This document shows positions 49,825 to 60,640 of a DNA stretch of 64,000 nucleotides, piece after piece. The notes under the pieces were generated by a model, which was not told the DNA's origin, did no database searches, and saw only the letters and a list, made by a program, of their open reading frames with translations. Source of the DNA: Marsupella aquatica. Taxonomy: Eukaryota > Plantae > Marchantiophyta. Position 1 is the stretch's first letter; each line of letters starts with the position of its first letter. The stretch is from positions 8,701,539-8,765,538 of the forward strand of contig OZ316896.1 in the NCBI GenBank assembly GCA_973895155.1, given 5' to 3'. A program made the position numbers and the translations under genes.

Positions 49825-50770
49825 GACCAGAAGCCAAGTGAGAGCATTGAGATCCATTACCCTGCCAAGTAAAGCATTCCTGGCCAGCCTGGTGATTTTG
49901 GTGTGACCTGTAGTACCGGGTTGGAAGCCCATAGCCCGTTCTCTCTCCTCAGGACTAGGTTCATCCCATGTACCGGTAGAATGTCGATAAACCAGACCAG
50001 GACCATCACCCTGAAAAGCATGTGCACCTAGAAAGGACACAAATGTAGGCCAAGCAGCATGGGGTTGTCCAATGGTATTGGCTGGATACCAAGGTGCTGG
50101 CTCTTGCCGTGTAACTGGTTGCAAGAACTGTCAGGATCCAAAATCTGGTCCACTGTAAGGTTAGTGTCCCTGGATGTGTGGTGAAGAGCCATCTCCAGCA
50201 AGGAAAGTGGTGCAAGGTTAGTCCAAAAGTTACGAAGACGATGTGCATAAGAACCACAGTGCACTGCATCAATGAGAAGGGGTGGTCCCAAGTAGTGCTG
50301 GACCACACTGAAATCCTCTTTGACCTGTGGACGCTGGTCAAACTGAGATGGAGTATTCTCAATGATATAACCAACAGCAGGATAAAGGGATTGAGCCCAG
50401 GTGAGAATCTGAACCAATGCTGTGAAAAGGCCAGAACGAGAATCATGTAGTCCAGCACCGTGACCAGCAGTTGAAAACCCTTGGCATTCCCAACCAGCTA
50501 TGATCAAATCAAGGGAGCCAAGAAGGGTTAAGTGTCGGTGTTGGACAAGCTGGATATCTGGAGGGAAGAAAGAAAATGTAGACTTCCATGCACTATGTGG
50601 AAACTGCTGGGGAAATCGCTCTGAAAATTCCAGCAGACGGGATTCAGCCACTTGCCTTGCACTTGGATCAACATCCACATAGATGTACTGCTTCACCACC
50701 ATGCCAAACTTTAGGAGAGCTTCCAGGCCTGTAGAAATGCCACCAAAAAGCTCAAGCAATGTAAGGCCAT
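49825..50770 (-). pseudogene. DNMT3-like C5 cytosine DNA methyltransferase domain in the pol polyprotein (one frameshift near 50120)
   Basis: Motif I LLELFGGI, II YVDVD, III DI, IV DLIIAGWECQGFS, V SGLF, VI IIENT, VIII IDA..HRLRNFWTNL, IX ERERAMGFQPGTT, X RLARNALLGR. Order and spacing follow the DNMT3 catalytic domain. Confidence 0.92.
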
Positions 50771-51139
50771 CTGAAGGAGGAGTCCATGTAACTGGTGCGC
50801 TCAAGATTGGGGCTATTAGTTGTCCATTATGCTGCCCAAGGTCCTCAAATTTGTGCAATGCAGCCACCAAAGGTCTATGGGCTACTTGGAGCCGTTGTAC
50901 CACCTCTGGTTGATGATCCACGTTGCTGGAAAGTGCTGCTATACGTGCAGCAGCATGTGCAGTAGCCACCTCATCATCATCCTCCTCAATCCAATCCTGC
51001 AATGGGTGGTTGACATAGGTAGCTGTGTGCACTACTTTGAACACACAGTGGTGAGCCATAGGGGTATGGGCACCATGCAAATCAAGTGGAATGTATCCCA
51101 AGTGTGAGCCATCCGTATGCCAATCAACTCTGTAGTATA

Positions 51140-51500
51140 CATGCTCATGCCAGTTGTCAATGGTAAAACCTGGTGGGAACAAAGCCTCCTGGCCAATGAG
51201 CACATCATACGTAGTGGCATTGGTAACCAAACATCTGACTGGGAAATGCAGTTCCTAATGTGTACCTCCATTAAAAGTGAGAGTGAGTAAAGTAGAACTC
51301 TCACCCAGCACATCCTCCACAGTGCCACTAGCAGTCCGAATGTGCCACCTGGATTGCTGTAAATGATCAGTCAGCAGTCCCATCTTCTTGGCAAACTGAA
51401 TGCCCAAAATTACTGGTTGAGCGCCTGTGTCTAGCATGACCACCTGAGGAGTGTGACCCTCCAACTTGACTGCTGAATTCCTGTTGTCAACAATGGCAAT
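51140..51500 (-). pseudogene. Retropepsin aspartic protease (stop at 51255)
   Basis: VMLDTGAQPVIL...IRTASG...YDVLIG. Confidence 0.88.
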
Positions 51501-52152
51501 GGTGGTGGAAACTAAAGTCCTGTCACTAGGCACCACTTTTGGCAAATGATGAGGTACCTTGTGAAGGGAGTTAGTGTCCACGGTCTTCCCACTCAACAGC
51601 ATAGCCAGGGAAAGATGAAGTAGCATGACCAGAATCAAGTGTAGCTCTGGTCACACAATTTGCAGCAATACTGTCATCTCTACCACTGGAAATCGGTACT
51701 GGGATAGCCAAACCAGTGGAAGCATGCAATGGAGAAGAAGAAGGTCCAGTATATACATGAGATTGGACCTCCAAAACCGGTGTCACAGGGGCTGATGAAG
51801 AATGCAGTGAGCCCTCTAGCGCTCTGATGACAGTTCTGGCATCTAGCTGTAAATCATGGCAACTGAAAAGTGGAGTGGTAAGAATCCTTTGTGCCATACC
51901 GGAGGTGAAATGCTCAAGCAGCTCAGGAAAAACAACTCCCTGTGAAATGTCAGCAGCACCTGGTGGTGGAATGGATGTAGCTACAGCTCCCTCCCCCCTC
52001 GCCAACAAGGTGCGCTCTTCAGCAAGTGTGAGTGGCTGAAAAGACTAGGGCATGACAGCCCGAGCTCCCCTGGCTCTAGTCATAGGACCAGCAGCAAGAC
52101 CATCAGCCTGTACAATGCGGCGTGTGGGAGCAATACGGGAGGCAGCACTGGC

Positions 52153-53673
52153 CTATTGGGAAGCAAAATAGGAAGGACAGAATGAATCTAAAAATTCTGC
52201 TGTAAGGCCAGGCTGTGTAGCAGAGGACAGCACACACTCACCCATATGAGCATCAAATGGCAAGCCATAGAAAGAGCGGGGTAGAGGTGCTGAACTGTCA
52301 GTGGTGCCTGGGCCAGGGATGGGTTGCACGTGACCAGCCGGTTGAGAAGGACCAGCAGAGGCAGTGGACTTGCCTTTGATGTTGGCAAGTTGGGCATGTA
52401 AGGACTCAACCTCATGAGTCAGAGACTGGAGTTGAGTTGCCTGTGCGTTGTGAGCCTCCTTCTGAGCTGGTTGCTTCTGTTGCTGCTTGGGCAATTTGTT
52501 AGCACTGGATGCTTTGCCACTGGAAGGAGGAGAAACTGATGCAGTAGGAGCCCTCCTAGCTTGTGGGGGAGTGGAAGCAAGAGTAGGATGAGGGGTCTAC
52601 TATCGTAGCTGCTTCATCTCTGGGAATTTGGCAAAACAAACTGCCTCCAAGTGGCCCACTTTTCCGCAAAAATCACAAGACAGGTCCTTAGCAACAATAT
52701 CACATTCATTAGCCTTGTGATTGGGGTTACCACAGTAGTTGCAAGATGGCAGCATGAAAGTAGCATGTGCTGGCTTGGTCTTGGAACCATACTGTGGCAC
52801 ACGGGAAGGGGTGGTCAGTGTAGGGGCAGTAGCCTGGTACCTGGATCGCGGGGGACGCGCAATACTGGCCTCATAATGTGCATGGGCCAACTCAAGTTTC
52901 TCAATAGTGTCATAGACATTGAGCAGGGTGTAGCTGTCTCCAAACTCTGAGAATACTTGTTGCAACACTTGCGAATGGAGAGCTGGTGTGCCCTCCAATG
53001 CGCGAAGATAGCGATGAGCAGCTTCTAGGTCAGTGATGCTCTGGGTGTCTTCCTTCAGCTTGAGAAGCCGGCGATACAGCATCTTCAATGTTTCATCGCG
53101 TTGCCTCACAAAGGTGGCCAACTACAGGATTTTGTCAGCACTCTTGATTGGGAATTCCAATTCAAGAACCTGGAAAAACTCAGCCACTGGATCAGCAAAG
53201 GCAGGGGAATCAATGGTGGGAGAAATGCCTGATGTAGCCTGTGCCAAGACAATGGGAGTAACTGGTGCAGTGGTGGGAACTGGAGTAGGAGGGGAAGTGG
53301 CAGGAGCAGCAACATGGGCTGCAATGGCATTCTGTAATGCCAGTTGTGAGGCAGCCGCAATTGCAGTGGCATAGGCAGGGTTAGGCAATTGTGTGACAGC
53401 AAGCAGCCATTGAGAATGTTGCTCATGCACATCCAAAGCCTTGTGGTGCACATACCTGGCTAGCTGCTTAAATGCAAAAGCATTTGTGAAGTTGCTGCCA
53501 TACTTCAACTCCAATTCGTAAACGACAGTGTAGAAAGTGGATTTGAACTCACGCAAAGAAACAGTGCCTGGCCGCCCACTGAAGTGCTCAATGCGGCCAA
53601 ATGAGTGACTGGCATCCATGCTGTATGTTGGTGAAGCTGGAACAATCACTGATGCAGAAGGAGAAAAAGGCAA
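52153..53673 (-). pseudogene. Gypsy gag with two CCHC zinc knuckles (in-frame stop at 53122)
   Basis: CNYCGNPNHKANEC and CDFCGKVGHLEAVC; FVRQRDETLKMLYRRL resembles the retrotransposon gag motif. Confidence 0.85.
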
Positions 53674-54109
53674 AGAAGTGATAGCAGGCTTCGGGGTAGA
53701 GGTGAAGCGACCGCCAAATGTAGCAGAAGGGTTGCGTGGTGTGGGTGCTGCTGCTGTCTACTGACGTCATCAAAATTGCCGAGACTCCAATGAAATTGGC
53801 ACCCACGGTCGTGGATCACTCCGTAAGTGGTACCGGGGTGTCGGTGGCGATGAGCTGCTACGACTCGGCTCCTCTGCTGACATGCTGCATGCTCACCCGG
53901 GGTGCCTAAATAAAAAATGTCCCCCTTCCCAGTGGTATGAGGTGCTGAGGGGAAAGAAACTGACAAGAAAAATGGGATCTAGCCCCAAGGCTAGGAAATA
54001 AGACCCACAAAGGAAACAACCGTGCGAGGCAGAAATGTGTAGAATGTGTAAGCGCTGAGAAACTGTCAAAGTCTATGCAGATGACATGTGGTGGCAGCAA
54101 AGAAATCCG

Positions 54110-54870
54110 GGAAGAATGGGCCCTTGAAAACATGAATAGGGGCCCCCCTTAAGTGTATACATTGGGCCCCTTTAAAGTGTATACGTCGGGCCCCTATGTG
54201 GACCCGAAAAAGGAAGGACCGGCCGGCACGGTGCCCTATGCAAGTAGTCGAGAACAAAGCAAGAGCGAACGGAAAAAAATGGGCACTGCAACACGTGAAA
54301 GGGGCCCCCTTAAGTGTATACACATCGGCCCGATGTGGACCCAGGAACTGGCAACAGGTCGATCGTCGCACGGCAAAAAACTGAGAAAGGCCGAAAAAGG
54401 GGAAAATAGCCGAGGCAAGCTCACAGGTGACCGGAAAGAGGAGAAAAGACGTCGCGAGGCGGGGCAAAAGAAACCGGGCCCTCTTAATGGCATGAGCCCT
54501 CCATAGGGCTTCGTGCCCCACCTTATGTGCTCCCGAAAAGGGGCTACGAACTCCCCTCCTCCTCTCCTTCAATGCAATTTGGGCCTCGTGCCCTGGCAAA
54601 AGACTCCCATGAGAGGAGTCAAGTGTACTCCCCCCCTTCAATGCTGACAGTGGGCTCCGTGCCCTGCAGAAGGACTCCCGAAGGGGGTCGTTAACTCCCC
54701 CTCCCTCCTTGAATCTTCATAGGGCCTCGTGCCCTGGTGACAGTATGCCCGAAGGCAAGGGAGTTGAGTGTACTCCCCTCCCCTGCTTCAATGTCCTTGT
54801 GCCCTCTCCTGGCACCCTCGCTCCCCCTCCTTCTTTAATGCAGCATAGGGCCTCGAGCCCTCCTTTCGCT
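54110..54870. repeat. Repeated motifs in the long GC-rich 5' leader of the Gypsy element
   Basis: gggcccc..taagtgtatac x3-4 and gggcctcgtgccct / actcccctcc x4-5. Confidence 0.7.
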
Positions 54871-55475
54871 TCCCCCTCCCCCTCCTTTCCTCACGCGTAT
54901 GCTCCTGCTCGGCTCCCCCTCTCCTCGCACTTAATTAAATGCTGGCAGAAATGAGAGGGCACGATGCCCTTTGCGCAGCCTGCCTCATGCGAGTCGTCGA
55001 CAACAAGGCGAAGGAAAGAAAAATAGCCAGAAAAGGGAGGCGCACAGAAAAATGACGGCCGGTGAGGAGAGAAAGAAAAACCTCGGGAGTGGGTAACACT
55101 AACATGGGCGTGCGGCCCTATGTGCGTGGTCGCCCCTCGGCCGTGTGCATACACAAAGGTGCGGCCTCCGGCTGCCAGGCGGCAAGAAAAGAAGGATCAA
55201 GAGAAGGGGCGAAAAGGCCCCCCTGAAATCGCAAAACCTCCCGGAAAGTGAGAAGCGCTCCCCTCGTCTCCTCTTGGGTGTACTCCGCTGGTCCGCAAAT
55301 TTAAGTGTATACACATAAGGGATGTGTATACAAAGAAAAATCTAACTCTAACTCCATCACTAGATTTTTCTTCAAATAAATTGCACTGCTGTCGACAGAA
55401 AGTGTTGACCGTCGCGAGCAATTGAGAAACACAGCGTTTCTGATCTTCTTCCCTTCACTCGGCAGTTCTTCTTGA

Positions 55476-55821
55476 ATAAAAGGCGTACTGAAATCGAATC
55501 GAAAACCGGCGAGATGCCAAGATCAGCCGGGAGCATCTAACGAATCACTGTGTGAATTGCGTGTACGGAACCGACGAGCAGCCTCTGAAAAACTTTGTCT
55601 CACAGCGATTCAAGAAGAACTGAAAAATGGCAAAGAAAAAATGCGCTAAGTAGGACCGGGTCCAGGCGTCACACTAACAAACACCTTTGCTTCAAGAACG
55701 GCCCAGACTCGTTACAAGAACATGACACTAACTCAAGTAGTACACTAGCCCTAACTATATACTAGCGGGCATGCGAGGGACATGCCGATGTGCACAAGAG
55801 GCACTGTCCCTCGGCATGACA
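55476..55821 (-). repeat. 5' terminal repeat A1 (346 bp) with TATA-like motif; no B segment
   Basis: Matches A2 with about 6 substitutions, a 1-bp indel and a 15-bp indel. Sense TAGTATATAG lies at about 55756-55765. Confidence 0.93.
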
Positions 55822-58800
55822 TGAGGCCATATTACCTATATTTTTTTTATGTACATGTCATAAGTTTTTCCCATGTATATGATGACCATGCACATGATGA
55901 CCATAGAGTTACGGTCTAGAGGCTTCACTCTAGACCCTAGCTTGTGAAAAGTAGGCTGCAGTTCGCGCTTTATTAGTAAGATATCTGGATTTAAAGGACA
56001 ATATACAGTTTTGACTGTCTTTTAGGTTAGTTGTTGGGTTTTCAAGATGTTCGTCCTACTTGTGCTGTGAAAACTGATTTCTAGTGTGGAGGCAAATTGT
56101 CCGGTAAGCGGAATCCCGCAGGCCATGTAAATACCCTGGCTAGTGAGGCTTTGGGCCCTGAAAAGCCAAATTTGAATCCCCGCCTGTACTACACTTCCAC
56201 CCTCACTTCCATCGTGCCACTTTTTGCTCTCCAGGTGCCAGAGCATGTGGGGAACTCGTCCTTCATTTCTTTGAACTGTCTCAGTGTAGCCATCACAACA
56301 GCATGAACAGCCCTCCTGTCCTTGAAAAAGTGACAATATGTGGATGCACCTTTGCTTGTGTGCTATAGCTCTTGATCCCAAGCTTGAATGGTGAGTCCTA
56401 AACTGGTACACAACACCATGGAATCCTAAACTTGCCACTCACTGATTTTACTGCCTTGCACATAGAGCAATTTGGAAATCAATATCAAAATTGGTGTTGA
56501 CAGACTAAGTATTTACTCTGTACATTAACCTTATTAAGGATGAAAGATAATCTTGAGGCTAATCAATGTTGATCAGCCCATGCACCTAGGGAGGTGCTGC
56601 CCACTGCCCGCTTGTACCTCACCCCCTATTGGGTTAAGTGCTAGTCACAAATAAAGCTGAGCATGAGCCCTACTCTGGTGCAGTGACAGGCAAGGTGGGC
56701 CCAGGTTCAAAAACTACTGGTAGTAATTTGAACCATTCTTACACACATTCCACCCAAAAGTGTGGATTTATTGGAGCTACCAATACTTGGAAACAATTTG
56801 CAGAGAGCAGGGCGTGGGCAGCTGACTACTCAAGGCTCATAATGAGCCTCAAGGTGCTTTTTGTCCTGAATGCATGCTTTGGGGATGGTCCGGTCTTATG
56901 GGTGAACCTGAGGGGGTTGGAGCCAGCATATTTTTAGTGGCAGAATTTTGCCCAAATTCTACTTCACTAATAGTCTTTGCCACTTATTGTGAAAATTTGC
57001 CAAAATTTTTGTGTTCCATTCTCCAGTTTTCTACCTACCCTCAGACCCCATTAGCCAGGATCTAATGGTTGTCCTTAACTCTAAGGAGATAGAATCTAGG
57101 ATAGAACAAACAAAAATTACACCAGGAAATCCATATGGATGATAATATTCTTACTAAATTTTCCTTCACCAAAAGTAAAATTTGTATAGCAAAAGAGGTG
57201 AAACCTTAAACTCACCCAGGTTAGAGCCCATGGGTTTCCTTGTGAGTCTTCAAAAAAGTATGTTTGGGTAGGAGCCACTGTCTTGATCCATGCCACTAAC
57301 AAAGAGATTTAAATCAGAGAAAATGGGGCCAGGCTGGCTGCAGTTCACGATTACAGCCTTTAATGTAATTATCACTATACTGAACTAAAGTTCAGCCAGT
57401 GCCAAACTGCACGGGTTTGAACAAAAAAGGAGAATAGAAAGTGGGTGATTGCGTTGCTTCCCCAACAGATTCACCTTTTAAATGCTGAAACTCAATCAAC
57501 TTTTGCTGAAAGCTAAGGATAGTTTAAACCATCTAAGTCTCTCCCATAAGAGGTGCCAAATGTAAGGAACTTTCAAGCATGGAGGGAGATTTGTCAGTCA
57601 ACTATTTTCAAAGAAAGTCAACTTTGATAGTCACTATCTTCCTCAGCACCCAGTGGAATCTGGTTTTGTTGGGTTGCTTAGAAACCACTTGGAAAGATCT
57701 TTCCATGAGCCTAATCCAGTAAAATTCCATTAAAAATTGAGAGACTTACAAATTTCAAAAGTTGACTGACTCATTTTCTTGCCACCTTCCACTCATCAGT
57801 GTAGTATGTACTACATGAGAAAAAGAAAGGGCTCTGGGTTGCAAAAAACATCCAAGCATCTTGACTGCAGACATTGAGGTCCATCCAAGCTCTTCCAAAA
57901 ATTTCATCAATCCAGAATATTATCTCACGTTTGTTTTCTCTAGTTGTGATCCATAGTATAACTCCTATCTAATCAACATGAACTCATTTTATTTATTTTT
58001 ATTTATTTTTAAATACACTTTTATTGACGAAGCCACCACAGCGAAGACCAGCAAGGCAGACAACAAACCAAACTGTGAGCCACATGCGCCAAAAAAAGTG
58101 ACTCAATGCCAGAACCATAACCATCCCAACGGATCACAACTCATGAATTCAACATGAACTCATGAACCATTGGGTTGGCAGTCTTTTTGTGTGTTATTCC
58201 GCTCCGGGTATTTGGATCCTTTTGGCCTTGTGTTTGCAGTCCGTGCAATTGGTCTCCTTCTGAGTTGTGAGGTAGGGGCTCTTGGTTTGCCTCTATCTAT
58301 TTAAATACCTTGCCTTTAAAGATGTGCCTAATTACCATACTGTCAAATTTTTATTGTATTTGTTCTACTGCAAGGGTTTTGCTATATGGGTACTTGGTTA
58401 TTGACTTCCATATGTCGCATGCTGATTGCTTGGAATTTTCATCTGGATGGTTTCCCCATCGACATTGTGCAGGATAGTGCCAACGGAAGAGACCATATGC
58501 TGACATGTGTCTTGTGCAGGACGGATTCATGGTTAACAATTCTCTATATTTGGCTACTACCATCTTCCCCCAAACAAAGTGCCTGGGCGTTGTGTTCAAA
58601 GTATTTTTTTTCTAAAAACACAACGTCATTTTAACACAACACTCGGGCGCTGTGCTCAAGATGTTACTCTAAACTGTTCTACATTGAGCACAAATAGTAA
58701 AACATTCAAGAAGCATATGCCAATGCCGATATTTAAACACAGCGCCCTGCAAGTACAAAAAATGGAAACACATAATCAAAATATGAATACAATGTCGGGG

Positions 58801-60159
58801 CGCACTATTCTAATCGAGTGCCCCACTATTCAAATATATGGCCTTGTGTGGCCTCGTGTTGGGGGAATATACATTAGTATTATAATTACATACAATTTTA
58901 GTGGCAATGTACTTCAAACTGATTTTTGGAATAATTGGTCTAGTTTTGTTGGTGTATTTAGATAAATCATGTGGAACACTGAGGCCCAGTGTACTAATTT
59001 GAGAGTGCCTGTCCCAGTTTCGATAACCAACTTTTGTGCCTATGAGAGCTTTTCTGTTGAGCATAAAAGTGTAGGAATGATCAGGTTCGTGCATGGTGTG
59101 GGGATAGTTATTAATTTCTTTTCAAATTATAAGGCAAAGCCATAACTTATTTTCCCGGATTTCAGTTTGCTTGAATGTTTTTCAAGATTGATTTATCAGT
59201 GTTTAGTAGAATCTTTACTGAAATATATATTGTAAATGTTTTTCTAAGTTTCACGAACATTACCTAAATTTGGTCCCTTGACTGAGATTTTTAATAAGTA
59301 TATTATGTTTTGGCCACCGTGATGTCCCTACACTAATGGCTTGAAAGGACAATGAGCACAAAAGCGAAAGAAACATTGATGATCCCCAGGTTACACGTGT
59401 CCAACGGTTTTGAGCACCTGGGCTTCTGGAGACTGGAGACTATGGTTGTGTAGGTGGACTGGCGTATGTGGGTTGCTTACCTGCAAATAAATGTCCTTTC
59501 CAAGAGAATAAAATAAGAATGGGAATCCAAGAATGGTGACTGATTACCAAACATCACAATTTTGATATGGAACATTTGACGCAGCGGGCTGCTAGGGAGA
59601 ATTAACTCCTATAATACACAATTGAGCCACTTTTTAGAATGATGAAGTCATTCAAATTTGCAGGGCACAAAAATTAAAAAATCTAATCAAAAGAAATAAT
59701 AAAACAAAATTAAATTATATTGAATGTGAAATAAAGAGTGACACTTTTTCCAAGCAAGAACTAAAGGGGAATTGGAAATGTCAGGGAATGACAATACACA
59801 ATAATAAAGTATTTTATGGACCATCTATGTATAATATTCTCCATGCATACTAAGCCCCATACATAGAAATAATATTCTCCATGCCTAGACATTGTACCCA
59901 TGGTAATCTATATCCTAGGAGTAGTTTAAATGATTACAAATATTACATAATGTAATAGAAAAGATCAAACCAAAAAATAGTACAAAAGGCCTAAGGGGGG
60001 AGGGGGGGTGGGAGCGGGGCTGGGCCGGGGCGGGGCGGGGAAGGTAAAGGTTTTCAAGGAATTACAAAATGAAAAATATAAAGACAAAAATCATTCTTGA
60101 CTGGTGATACTTTGTGGTTGTTGTTACTCATTTTTTACGCCCTTTTTCTGCAATATTTT

Positions 60160-60640
60160 TTTCTTAAGAACATCTTGGACGACACCACATCTTTTTTTCT
60201 TAACGGCATCTTGGGTGACACCACATTTTTTTCCTTAAACAACAACATCTTGGGTGACACAACATTTGTTTTTCTTAATGACATTTTAGATGACATGACA
60301 TCTTTTTTCTTTATAACATCTTGAATGGGAGACATGACATCTGTTGTTCTCAATGACTTCTTGGCCGACACAACATTTTTCTTCTCAACAACCTCTTGGC
60401 CGACATGACATCTTTTGTTATCACCGACATCTTGGCCAACACGACATCTTTTGTTCTCACATCTTGGGCAACACAACATCTTTCTTCTCAACGACCTCTT
60501 GGCTGACACGACATCTTTCTTCTCAACAACCTCTTGGCCGACACGACATCTTTATTCTCAACAACCTCTTGGCCGACACGACCTCTTTTATTCTCAACGA
60601 CATCGGGAACGACGTCTTGGCCGTCACGACATCTTTTGTG
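60160..60640. repeat. Degenerate ~39-bp minisatellite (tcttggccgacacgacatctttt..ttctcaacaacc)
   Basis: About 12 diverged copies. They generate the spurious repetitive ORFs in the ORF track. Confidence 0.8.

Larger units (their letters stand above)
45075..55821 (-). mobile_element. Ty3/Gypsy-type retrotransposon with DNMT3-like methyltransferase and PHD finger, split direct repeats and 4-bp TSD
   Basis: TG..CA termini, TSD tgag (45071-45074 and 55822-55825), domain order gag-PR-DNMT-RT-RH-IN-PHD. Confidence 0.95.
44865..55981 (-). mobile_element. Non-autonomous Helitron family B, second copy, split by the Gypsy insertion (44865-45074 and 55826-55981)
   Basis: Both halves align to 21889-22305 with the same TC and CTAG termini and the same hairpin. 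Confidence 0.9.

Noticed and set aside
54066-55421. Extra ORFs upstream of gag
   Set aside because: GC-rich repetitive leader with overlapping ORFs on both strands and no recognisable motif.
45075-55821. DIRS/Ngaro/PAT tyrosine-recombinase element
   Set aside because: No tyrosine recombinase ORF is visible. A protease, an HHCC-DDE integrase, TG..CA ends and a TSD are present, and the methyltransferase is C5-type rather than the adenine type found in DIRS.
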